From NCBI GenBank assembly GCA_030537595.1, contig JAUNVR010000007.1:1009-65008 (forward strand): DNA of 64,000 bases, read 5' to 3'. Origin of the DNA: Eubacteriales bacterium. Lineage in GTDB: Bacteria; Bacillota; Clostridia; Saccharofermentanales; DTU023. Under the pieces are notes generated by a model. That model searched no databases and had not been told where the DNA came from. It was given only the letters and a program-made list of their open reading frames with translations. Numbering within the stretch: the first letter of the stretch is position 1; each line of letters begins with the position of its first letter. A program made the position numbers and the translations under genes. Below, one piece after another: positions 56,088 to 64,000 of this stretch.

Positions 56088-58125
56088 CGCTGTTTACCCA
56101 GTCTTGGTAGGTGCCTACGTAAAGTTCAATTCCATCCCTGCCAATGACTAAAGTTGTACCCGGCTCAGGCCTGGTCGAAATTACATACTGCCCAGTGCTT
56201 CCAGCTGCAGCTGCTGCTTCGGTCATAATTACAGTAATCGCTGAATCTGGCCAACCTGCAGACAAGAGATTATTGTAGGCAACCGAATAGTTGGAGCCAT
56301 TTAAATTCGGCATCGAAAATTGTGCGCCCAAGGGCACATCTTGTGAATTGTCGTTATCCTTATCTTTATCTTTGCCCTCTTGCTCATGCTCTGCCCGCGA
56401 ACCATAAGTTAAGACTACTTGTGAGCCTGATTTAAGCTTAGTGCCTGCTTCAACTGACACTGCAATTACCACACGTTCAGATTCTGGCAGTTCACCGCCC
56501 TCACTATCTGTGACGCGGACGGCCTGAACTTCTAATCTAGCATCCTCAATCAGGGCCTTAGCCTCCAGGAAAGACATCCCATCAATGATCTCCGGCATGA
56601 TGGTTTCAGCTTCACCATCGGAAACATATAGATAAACAGTTGCCCCCAGAGCGAGCTCGGAACTCGCCTTAGGTTCCGTCTTAATCACCTTTCCCTCTTC
56701 GATGGTCTTCGAATATTCACGTTTTTCAACTACGTCAAAGCCCTGACTCTTAAGCTCTGCCATAGCTTCGGAAGCCGTCTTACCTTCGACATTGGGCAAG
56801 GCAATTTTCTCTTCACCTTGTGAAACATAGAGCCTGACTGTGCGCTCATCAGCTTGTAATTTAATTCCACTTTCCGGTTCTTGACGGAAAATATAACCGA
56901 GCTGAACTGTAGCGTTCTTTTCATAAACCACTTCTACAGCTACACCCTCAGCCTCTAACTCTGAGCGTACAATTTCCAATTGCTTACCCTGATAACGACC
57001 GACTACGAATTCAACAGTTGTCTCGCGCTGGTCGATGCGCCGTGAAATTTCTTCATAACCTCTATAAACCATCAGCGAAAGAGCCAGCACACAAACTACA
57101 ATCACAACAAAAATTAGGGCCGAGGAGAAAAATCTACTGCGGCGACGCCGAGCAATCTTCTCTTCAATTTCGTGGACCTTATCGTAATTGCTCTCCTGCT
57201 TCTGTAAGCCTAAAGCCGAGGTCGGCGGAGCATTCGGATTGGCTGAGGCGTGTCTAGGAATCACACCATAAACACTATCAGGATCAATCATAAAAGCGTC
57301 TAGCTCATTTGCAAAATCTGCTGCCGAGGCATAGCGCCTCTCCGGATTCTTCTGAATCGCCCGGAAAATAATGTCATCAAGCCCACTTGGAATATCAGGC
57401 TTAATCGCAGATGGTCTAGTGGGCATTTCCTGGAGCTGCTTAATTGCCACAGCGACTGAGGACTCCCCATCAAAAGGCAGTTCAGCCAAGAGCATTTCGT
57501 AGAGCATAATGCCGAGCGAATACAAGTCTGAGCGAACCGTGACTTGAGCTCCTCTAGCCTGCTCAGGAGAAAAGTAATGAACTGAACCGAAGGCAACCCC
57601 ACCGGTCAGAGTGATTGTATTTACAGCCTGCGCCCGGGCAATCCCAAAGTCAGTGACCTTGGCAATCATATCCGGTGTAACCAAGACGTTTTGCGGCTTC
57701 ATATCGCGATGAATGATGCCTCTAGTATGTGCATGCTGTAGGGCGAGTGAAATCTGAATCATTAAGGGGACGGCTAATTGCCAATTTAAGCCACCACGAT
57801 CATAGATTAAGTCTTTTAAAGTTGAGCCGCGGACATATTCTTGGACGATATAGCGTAAATCGCCATCTTGCCCATAGTCGAGTACTCGGACAATATTCGG
57901 ATGATCTAAACTCGCAGCCGCTCTGGCTTCCGTCGCAAAGCGCCTGACGAATTCCGGATCATCCATCAGATCCTCGCGCATTAACTTGACCGCACATTCA
58001 CGTTGCCGGTTTTCGTCATAAACAAGATAGACAAAGGCCATTCCGCCCTGTCCCAAAGTTCTAATTATGCGGTAGCGACCGCCGATTAGGCTGCCCCTTA
58101 AATCTTTTCTGCCAGATGCTTGCAC
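56080..58125 (-). CDS. pknB: Ser/Thr protein kinase with extracellular PASTA repeats (PknB/PrkC)
   Basis: Kinase motifs GQGGMAFVY, HRDMKPQN, DFGIA and SPEQ. One TM helix, followed by several PASTA-like repeats. Confidence 0.9.
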   Translation of the reverse strand: MQASGRKDLRGSLIGGRYRIIRTLGQGGMAFVYLVYDENRQRECAVKLMREDLMDDPEFVRRFATEARAAASLDHPNIVRVLDYGQDGDLRYIVQEYVRGSTLKDLIYDRGGLNWQLAVPLMIQISLALQHAHTRGIIHRDMKPQNVLVTPDMIAKVTDFGIARAQAVNTITLTGGVAFGSVHYFSPEQARGAQVTVRSDLYSLGIMLYEMLLAELPFDGESSVAVAIKQLQEMPTRPSAIKPDIPSGLDDIIFRAIQKNPERRYASAADFANELDAFMIDPDSVYGVIPRHASANPNAPPTSALGLQKQESNYDKVHEIEEKIARRRRSRFFSSALIFVVIVVCVLALSLMVYRGYEEISRRIDQRETTVEFVVGRYQGKQLEIVRSELEAEGVAVEVVYEKNATVQLGYIFRQEPESGIKLQADERTVRLYVSQGEEKIALPNVEGKTASEAMAELKSQGFDVVEKREYSKTIEEGKVIKTEPKASSELALGATVYLYVSDGEAETIMPEIIDGMSFLEAKALIEDARLEVQAVRVTDSEGGELPESERVVIAVSVEAGTKLKSGSQVVLTYGSRAEHEQEGKDKDKDNDNSQDVPLGAQFSMPNLNGSNYSVAYNNLLSAGWPDSAITVIMTEAAAAAGSTGQYVISTRPEPGTTLVIGRDGIELYVGTYQDWVNSVD

Positions 58126-58133
58126 TATATTAC

Positions 58134-58883
58134 CTAATTATTGAATATTACTAAAACTGTTATGTTATCACTGCCGCCCGCTGCCAGAGCTAAGTCCATT
58201 AATCTCTGACAGGCCTGCTCCGGATCACGCGCCTGGCGCATCGTCATCTCAATCAAATCATCTTCGACTAAGCCATGCAGACCATCGGTGCAAAGCAGGT
58301 AGCGGTCATTTTTCTTCCGGTCCATGTGCAGTAACCAGGGCTTTAAATACTCTGGTGCACCCAGGGCCTGAGTTAAAACATGCCTGGCCGGATTTAATTC
58401 CCGCTCGTCCTCACTGATACTCCCCGCCTCAATCATTTGCTCAACCAGGGTGTGATCCTTGCTGAGCCGCTGGAGCACACCAGAGCGCAATAAATAGCAG
58501 CGCGTGTCCCCAATGTGGCCGAGATAAAAACGATCGGGATAGAAAACCATCCCGGTCAATGTCGTGCCCATACCATAATTATCTTCACTCTCCAAAGAGC
58601 GGAGATAAACGCGGACGTTAGCCTTCTGCAGATTATCTGCTAAGAGGTATTCAATCCGCTCTGCCTGGTCTATTTCACCTAATTGCTCGGCTAATTTGCC
58701 AGTCATGAAATCAACAGCTATTTGTGATGCTAGTTCGCCGTTCTGATGCCCACCTAAGCCATCAGCGACTAAGAAAATTGCCGGATAAACAGAAGGTTCA
58801 GCTTTTATTTTATAGCTGTCCTCATTATTCTCGCGCACCAGACCACGATCCGATAAAGCTGCAAATTTTAATTCCCCTTGCAT
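58134..58883 (-). CDS. stp: PP2C-family Ser/Thr phosphatase (Stp/PrpC)
   Basis: RENNEDS, VADGLGGH, IGDTRCY, CTDGL and GGSDNITV. It lies upstream of pknB. Confidence 0.9.
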   Translation of the reverse strand: MQGELKFAALSDRGLVRENNEDSYKIKAEPSVYPAIFLVADGLGGHQNGELASQIAVDFMTGKLAEQLGEIDQAERIEYLLADNLQKANVRVYLRSLESEDNYGMGTTLTGMVFYPDRFYLGHIGDTRCYLLRSGVLQRLSKDHTLVEQMIEAGSISEDERELNPARHVLTQALGAPEYLKPWLLHMDRKKNDRYLLCTDGLHGLVEDDLIEMTMRQARDPEQACQRLMDLALAAGGSDNITVLVIFNN

Positions 58884-58933
58884 TCACACCTCACTGCGTT
58901 ATGGGCTAAAAATATAACATCTCGATACTAGCA

Positions 58934-59968
58934 TTAGTCTGTATTATTAGCAAGATATTTAAGCCTTAGCTGCCCGCAGGCCGCCTCGATATCACGTCCC
59001 AAAGAACGCCTAACCGTAGCTTCTATACCCACTTCATGGAGGCCTTCTTTGAAGTTCTCAACGGTCTCTGCCAAGGGTGGATAATATACAGAACCGGGAA
59101 AATTATTCGCTGGTATCAGATTGATATGCACTGCCTGATGAGCAAATAATTTTTGTAATTCACGCAAATCTTCCGGTCGATCATTAAAATCTCTAAAGAG
59201 CGTGTACTCGTAGCTTACACGCCTCCCACTTTCTTTAAAATAGGCCTGGGCGGCCTCAATTAATTCTGAGATCTTATAGCGCTTTGCAATCGGCATAATC
59301 GCCTCCCGCCGCTCCTGGAAGGGACTATGTAAAGATATCGACAAGGTGATTGGTAGCTTTGCTTTAGCCAGAGCATATATTTCCGGAACCAAACCACAGG
59401 TCGAAAGCGTCATTCTCCGATAAGAAATATCAAATAATAGGGGGTCATGAATCCGCTCACAGAATTTTATGACCTCAGCTAGGTTCTCTAGGGGCTCACC
59501 GATCCCCATCAGCACCACGCGCCGGATTTTCTCAGCAGTTTTAGCCTCAACTTCAGCAACTTGGGTCAGCATTTCACCACAGCTCAGATTACGTGCAAAA
59601 GAAGCCTGGGTGGACGCACAAAAGTCACAGCCCATACGGCAGCCTGCTTGAGTCGAAAGACAAATTGTATTGCCATATTTATAGCGCATTAAAACCGCTT
59701 CAAGAATCTGTCCATCTTCCAGTTCGAAGAGATATTTCTCAGTACCGTCAATTTCGCTTTTCAAGACCGAGAGGATTTTGGGCTTATTAAAAGAAAAACT
59801 TTCCCCCAGCTTGCGCCTTAAGTCCTTACTAAGATTACTCATCTCTTCCAGACTAGCCGCCGATTTTTGCCAGAGATAAATCTGCTTCGCTCTGAATTTG
59901 CTCTCGGCCTTTTCTTGTACCCAATCTAAAATCTCATCGTAAGTTAAATCATAAAATAATCTAGCCAT
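58934..59968 (-). CDS. rlmN: 23S rRNA/tRNA adenine-C2 methyltransferase RlmN (radical SAM)
   Basis: CRMGCDFCAS radical-SAM cluster motif, MGIGEP, and a C-terminal catalytic Cys (EAACGQL). Confidence 0.9.
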   Translation of the reverse strand: MARLFYDLTYDEILDWVQEKAESKFRAKQIYLWQKSAASLEEMSNLSKDLRRKLGESFSFNKPKILSVLKSEIDGTEKYLFELEDGQILEAVLMRYKYGNTICLSTQAGCRMGCDFCASTQASFARNLSCGEMLTQVAEVEAKTAEKIRRVVLMGIGEPLENLAEVIKFCERIHDPLLFDISYRRMTLSTCGLVPEIYALAKAKLPITLSISLHSPFQERREAIMPIAKRYKISELIEAAQAYFKESGRRVSYEYTLFRDFNDRPEDLRELQKLFAHQAVHINLIPANNFPGSVYYPPLAETVENFKEGLHEVGIEATVRRSLGRDIEAACGQLRLKYLANNTD

Positions 59969-61343
59969 CTTTGCGCCTCAACTTTGCTATAAAAAACCCG
60001 TCTATTTCGGGACTTAAATCAGGGCGCAAGAGCAACTCACCCAAAGCTGGTTGAATTGCGCACTGCCTGAGTTTCTCAGGAATTAAATGCTCGATCTCGA
60101 CTCGCTCAAATTCTCTTCCAAGCGGACTTTGCAAAAACTTTGCAATCTGCTCAGAATTCTCTGCGGGAAGTATCGAGCAGGTTGAATAAATCAAGACTCC
60201 AGAATTTTTTACCGCCTCTGCTTGACAGTTTAGGATCTTTGCTTGAATTGGTAATAAGCTCTGGAACTTCTCGTAGCTGAGCTTAGATCTTAAATCGGCT
60301 TGCTTTCCGATTAAGCCACTCGCTGTACAGGGAACATCGAGGAGCACAGCATCAAAGGCCTTGATCTCAGCATCTGCCAGGGCTTGACTCGCATCTCTTA
60401 ACTGCGGGTAAATCCCTCTATTTGCAGTCAGCTCAGAAGCTTTCGGATAGTTCAATCTATTGAAGATGTCCTCAAGGCTTTTAAAGCGCTCCGCCTTCAG
60501 CTCAGCGGCTAGGATAAAGAGATCACCCCCATTGCGAGCGAATAGGTCCGCCGTCTTGCCCCCAGGCGCTGCGCAAGCATCCAAGACCCGAGTTCCAGGC
60601 GACAGATCAGCAATCCTGCTCACTAATTGAGCAGCTTCATCCTGTACACTCCAGAGTCCCTCTTGAAAACTTGCTAAGCTAGCTAGGTCTCGTCCTCCGG
60701 TGATTATACTGAGGCTATCCTCGAGATAAGTTCCAGTCTTGAGCTCGATTCCCTCTGCCTGCAGAATTTCAGGCAATTGATTATACTTCGGATGAAGTAA
60801 GTTTGGCCGCAGACTAAGCTCTTGCCGTTCGTTTAAAAAAACCTCAGCAATCCGCCGCGCAGTTTCAATCCCATAAGCTTGTTTAAAGAGACCAAATAGC
60901 TCAGTACTCAATCCATACTTTAAACTCTCCTGCTTCGTCAGCAGGCGTTTTCGAACCTTGCTTAGCTTCCGCAAGACTGCATTAATCATTGACTTAGCCT
61001 GCTGCTGGCCGACTTCTTCTGCAAGACTTACAGTCGTCGCCACCGCAACCTCCGGCGGGACTGAATAAGCATAATCAATCTGATATAAGCCGAGCCGCAA
61101 TAAGTTTCTGACTTCTGGATGAAAGCTTTGCAAGCGTTTGTTCAAGACTTCTTGGAGCTCAAAATCAATCCGCGGCTGCCAGCGCAAGGTACCATAAAAT
61201 AATGCGGATACAAACTTTCGCTCCCGCGGAGCAAGCATAGTTTCACGTAGCGCTGCTGCTAAGACTACGTTACAATGCTCACCCTGCTCGCAGCGACAAA
61301 GTAGCTCTAAAACTAAACGACGAGGATGTTTCAACATAGACAA
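59961..61343 (-). CDS. rsmB: 16S rRNA (cytosine967-C5)-methyltransferase RsmB
   Basis: NusB-like N-terminus, DACAAPGGKT, DVPCTASG and YSTCS. Confidence 0.9.
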   Translation of the reverse strand: MSMLKHPRRLVLELLCRCEQGEHCNVVLAAALRETMLAPRERKFVSALFYGTLRWQPRIDFELQEVLNKRLQSFHPEVRNLLRLGLYQIDYAYSVPPEVAVATTVSLAEEVGQQQAKSMINAVLRKLSKVRKRLLTKQESLKYGLSTELFGLFKQAYGIETARRIAEVFLNERQELSLRPNLLHPKYNQLPEILQAEGIELKTGTYLEDSLSIITGGRDLASLASFQEGLWSVQDEAAQLVSRIADLSPGTRVLDACAAPGGKTADLFARNGGDLFILAAELKAERFKSLEDIFNRLNYPKASELTANRGIYPQLRDASQALADAEIKAFDAVLLDVPCTASGLIGKQADLRSKLSYEKFQSLLPIQAKILNCQAEAVKNSGVLIYSTCSILPAENSEQIAKFLQSPLGREFERVEIEHLIPEKLRQCAIQPALGELLLRPDLSPEIDGFFIAKLRRKDG

Positions 61344-61344
61344 G

Positions 61345-62331
61345 CTAAACCAATACTGTGCCGAGTGGGAGATTGTGCGCCAACTCTTGAGCTAGGATCC
61401 GTTTTTGTCCTGCCTTTTGAACTTCAATTAAGTTCAAAGCTCCAGCTCCACAGATCACAGTCATTTGCTTACCCGCAACAATGACAGTCCCCGGTAAGAG
61501 CTCGCTTGGACTGAGCTCTCGGCCGAGCTCTTGCGCATAATAGCTCAAGGCCTCTTGCTTCGATTTTGCAATGAGCTCTGCCTGCCAAACAATAAAGCGC
61601 TCACCCTCTAAAAAACAATGGGCACTGGGCCATGGATAATAAGCCCTAATTAAGCGTTCAATTTCTAGAGCAGTTTTTGACCAGTCAATTTTACCGGCAG
61701 CTCGATCGAGCTTTTTTGTAAAAGTGACTTGACTTTCATCTTGCGCTTCAGGCTGTAATTCTGGCCACTTAGTAAGGCAATTGAGTAGGGCCTTGGCACC
61801 CAGCTCCGCTAGCTTTGAAAATAGAGAGCCTCCACTTTCCTCAGCCTCAAGCTTGATTCTTTCCTGCCAATAAACCGGTCCAGCGTCGAGTTCCTCGACC
61901 ATCTCCATAATTGAGACACCGGCTTCCTCGTCACCATTCAGTACAGCTGCCTGAACGGGAGCTGCGCCTCGATATTTAGGCAGCAATGAGGCATGGACGT
62001 TTAAAGCCTTAATGCGGGGTAGGTCTAAAATCCAGCGCGGCATTAATTTACCGTATGCTGCGGTGATTAAAAAATCACAGTCCTCAGCTGCGAGCTCTGC
62101 AGTTTCTGGACCGAGCTTTAGGCTTTGCGGATCATAAACCTTAATGCCTCTAGCCTTGGCAAATTGCTTGACTGGAGTTTCCGTCATGATTTGCCGGCGC
62201 CCAACAGGCTTATCCTCTTGCGTGATGACCGCAATTACTTCATGAGCGGATTTTTCCAGGGCCGCTAAGGTCGGGAGTGCAAAATCTGGACTCCCGGCGA
62301 AAATAATCTTATAAGCCTTAGACTCGCTCAT
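61345..62331 (-). CDS. fmt: Methionyl-tRNA formyltransferase
   Basis: KIIFAGSPDFA and NVHASLLPKYRGAAPV. I prefer ATG 62331. The track TTG start is at 62358. Confidence 0.9.
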   Translation of the reverse strand: MSESKAYKIIFAGSPDFALPTLAALEKSAHEVIAVITQEDKPVGRRQIMTETPVKQFAKARGIKVYDPQSLKLGPETAELAAEDCDFLITAAYGKLMPRWILDLPRIKALNVHASLLPKYRGAAPVQAAVLNGDEEAGVSIMEMVEELDAGPVYWQERIKLEAEESGGSLFSKLAELGAKALLNCLTKWPELQPEAQDESQVTFTKKLDRAAGKIDWSKTALEIERLIRAYYPWPSAHCFLEGERFIVWQAELIAKSKQEALSYYAQELGRELSPSELLPGTVIVAGKQMTVICGAGALNLIEVQKAGQKRILAQELAHNLPLGTVLV

Positions 62332-62830
62332 TAGTACCTGCTCTACTCCCCGCCTCAAATGCCGAGAGAGGTTTTAAATCATCGCGCGCCTTACTGCGGA
62401 ATAAAATACCATCCAAGTGGTCAATCTCATGAGCAATACAGACTGCTTTTAAGCCATCAGCGGCCAAGGTTTTTTCCTCGCCTGAAACCGTCTGGTAGCG
62501 CAGTTTAATCTTTGCCGGACGCTTGACGTAGCCATAGAGGCCTGGAATAGATAAGCAACCTTCCAAGTACTCTTGCTCGCCTTCGCGCTCATAGATTTCT
62601 GGGTTTACAAAAACCATCGGCTCAGGTTCTTCTTCCGTACCGATATCCATCACAAAAATCCGTCTTAAAACCGCAATCTGGTTAGCTGCAAGGCCAATGC
62701 CGTTATTCTCGTACATTGTTTCCAGCATGTCCTCGGCCAATTCTGCTAAACGCTCATCAAAACGAGTTACAGGTCTAGCGACACGATTTAGAGCCGGATC
62801 CCCTTCTTCAATAATCTTTCTTAATGCCAT
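62318..62830 (-). CDS. def: Peptide deformylase
   Basis: GIGLAANQ, EGCLSIPG and HEIDHLDG. The start is placed at ATG 62830. The track TTG start is at 62836. Confidence 0.9.
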   Translation of the reverse strand: MALRKIIEEGDPALNRVARPVTRFDERLAELAEDMLETMYENNGIGLAANQIAVLRRIFVMDIGTEEEPEPMVFVNPEIYEREGEQEYLEGCLSIPGLYGYVKRPAKIKLRYQTVSGEEKTLAADGLKAVCIAHEIDHLDGILFRSKARDDLKPLSAFEAGSRAGTNERV

Positions 62831-62950
62831 AATCAAACTCTTTCTATCAAAAGTGGAATCAGCTAATGATTCCAGTAAATTTATCTATCAACTTATTCTA
62901 CCAAAGTTCAGCAGCTAATGAGCAAAATGTACCCTAGCTCATCACTAAGC

Positions 62951-64000
62951 CTAAAGCATTGAATTAGGATTAATATCAAAAGCTCTAGAGATCTCTTTCT
63001 GGCACTGCCTCTCCTGCTCCCAATTTAAGAGCTGAGTCAGTTTTAGTCGGTCCTTCGCCTTCAAAATAATCCGGTAACGATAGCGCGATTTAAGCTTAGC
63101 CAAAGGGGCCTTCTGAGCCGGAAACAACTGGACCTCGGACTGCCAAGCGGAGGCTTTTACTGCTGCCTCCAAACGCAGCTGACCCTTTCTCGCCTCAGCC
63201 CTAACTGCTGCCTCTCTACTACCGGTATAGACAATAGTTGCAATCTGGCCAAAGGGTGGGTAAGAGAATTTTTTCCTGAGCGCAAGTTCCTGCTGATAAA
63301 AACTCGCGTAGTCTTGCTTTAAGCCCGCAAGCAAAGCATAGTGCTCACAGTTATAAGCTTGGACGAAAACTGAGCCAGCCTTCCTTTCTCGACCGGCCCG
63401 CCCCGCCGCCTGAGTGATTAGTTGGAAGCAGCGCTCCGCCGCCCGATAGTCAAAATCCGTCAGTAATTGATCTGCAGATATGATGCCAACTACAGTTACC
63501 TTTGGAAAGTCGTGTCCTTTCGCAATCATCTGTGTGCCAATCAAGCATTGAGCTTCACCGGCTGCAAAGCTTTGTAAAATATCATGGTAAGCTCGCCTGG
63601 TATAGGTCGTGTCCACGTCCATGCGCAAGGCCTTATATGGCGCAAAGTTCTCCTCAAAATACGCTTCTAAGCGCTGGGTCCCATAGCCGCGGCAGATTAG
63701 ACTATCTGCACCACAAAGCGGACAGCATTGCGGTGCGGGGTAGACCTTGCCGCAGTAATGGCAAATTAATCTTTGCGGTAGAGTCCGTTCTCCATCTTGC
63801 GAACGGTCTTTTTGGTAAAAATTAAGATGCTCAGTCAGCGCTACGTCACAGTCTGGGCAGTTGATGACCTCGCCACAAGTTTTGCAGAGTACGGCATTAC
63901 TATGACCACGTCGATTTAAAAAAAGCATGGCCTGCTCGCCTCTCGCAAAAGCTTCATTTAAAGCCTCGGTGAGCGGATCTGAAAGCAATTTACCCTGACT
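62951..64000 (-). CDS. priA: Primosomal helicase PriA, C-terminal part (N-terminus beyond window edge)
   Basis: Cys-rich zinc region CKTCGEVINCPDCDVALTEH...CHYCG...CPLCG and helicase motifs QAAGRAGR. The frame is still open at position 64000. Confidence 0.9.
   Translation of the reverse strand, partial: SQGKLLSDPLTEALNEAFARGEQAMLFLNRRGHSNAVLCKTCGEVINCPDCDVALTEHLNFYQKDRSQDGERTLPQRLICHYCGKVYPAPQCCPLCGADSLICRGYGTQRLEAYFEENFAPYKALRMDVDTTYTRRAYHDILQSFAAGEAQCLIGTQMIAKGHDFPKVTVVGIISADQLLTDFDYRAAERCFQLITQAAGRAGRERKAGSVFVQAYNCEHYALLAGLKQDYASFYQQELALRKKFSYPPFGQIATIVYTGSREAAVRAEARKGQLRLEAAVKASAWQSEVQLFPAQKAPLAKLKSRYRYRIILKAKDRLKLTQLLNWEQERQCQKEISRAFDINPNSML

Noticed and set aside
1-64000. CRISPR arrays, IS elements or transposases, rRNA operons, and long direct or inverted repeats
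   Set aside because: None were seen on reading the window. The intergenic regions are short and are accounted for by promoters, terminators, tRNAs and the tmRNA.

Overview
This 64-kb window is a chromosomal segment with the gene content and order of a Bacillota (Firmicutes)-type bacterium. Diagnostic blocks are priA-def-fmt-rsmB-rlmN-stp-pknB-rsgA-rpe, nadD/yqeK-rsfS, smpB-ssrA, pta-ackA and yabE-like-rsmA. I call 56 protein-coding genes, 49 of them on the minus strand. They are very tightly packed, with many 1-11 nt overlaps and two convergent pairs whose stop codons overlap. I also call 4 tRNAs (His-GUG, Gln-UUG, Lys-UUU, Pro-CGG, all with encoded CCA), one tmRNA, six near-consensus sigma-A-type promoters and several hairpin terminators. 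I saw no rRNA, CRISPR array, transposase, integrase or phage gene, so this is core housekeeping DNA rather than an accessory island. I did not find a convincing multi-gene novel system. The best leads are single-gene or gene-pair oddities. (1) A tail-anchored, partly degenerate PP2C-like protein sits between smpB and the tmRNA gene, and a second PP2C-like gene at the left edge is coupled to a GNAT. (2) An M3-oligoendopeptidase-like protein has GDFGR where the HExxH zinc site is expected. (3) A trimeric dUTPase carries a ~50-aa insertion between motifs III and IV. (4) A sortase has a ~125-aa Pro/Arg-rich cytoplasmic tail. (5) A small gene upstream of rpmF has its best Shine-Dalgarno sequence in front of an ATT codon. 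(6) An orphan short prepilin-peptidase-like gene heads a plus-strand membrane-protein trio. (7) There are fusions and extensions: NadD-YqeK, and an Ogt with an extra N-terminal region that overlaps folA. All functional calls rest on motif recognition by eye. No database search was possible.
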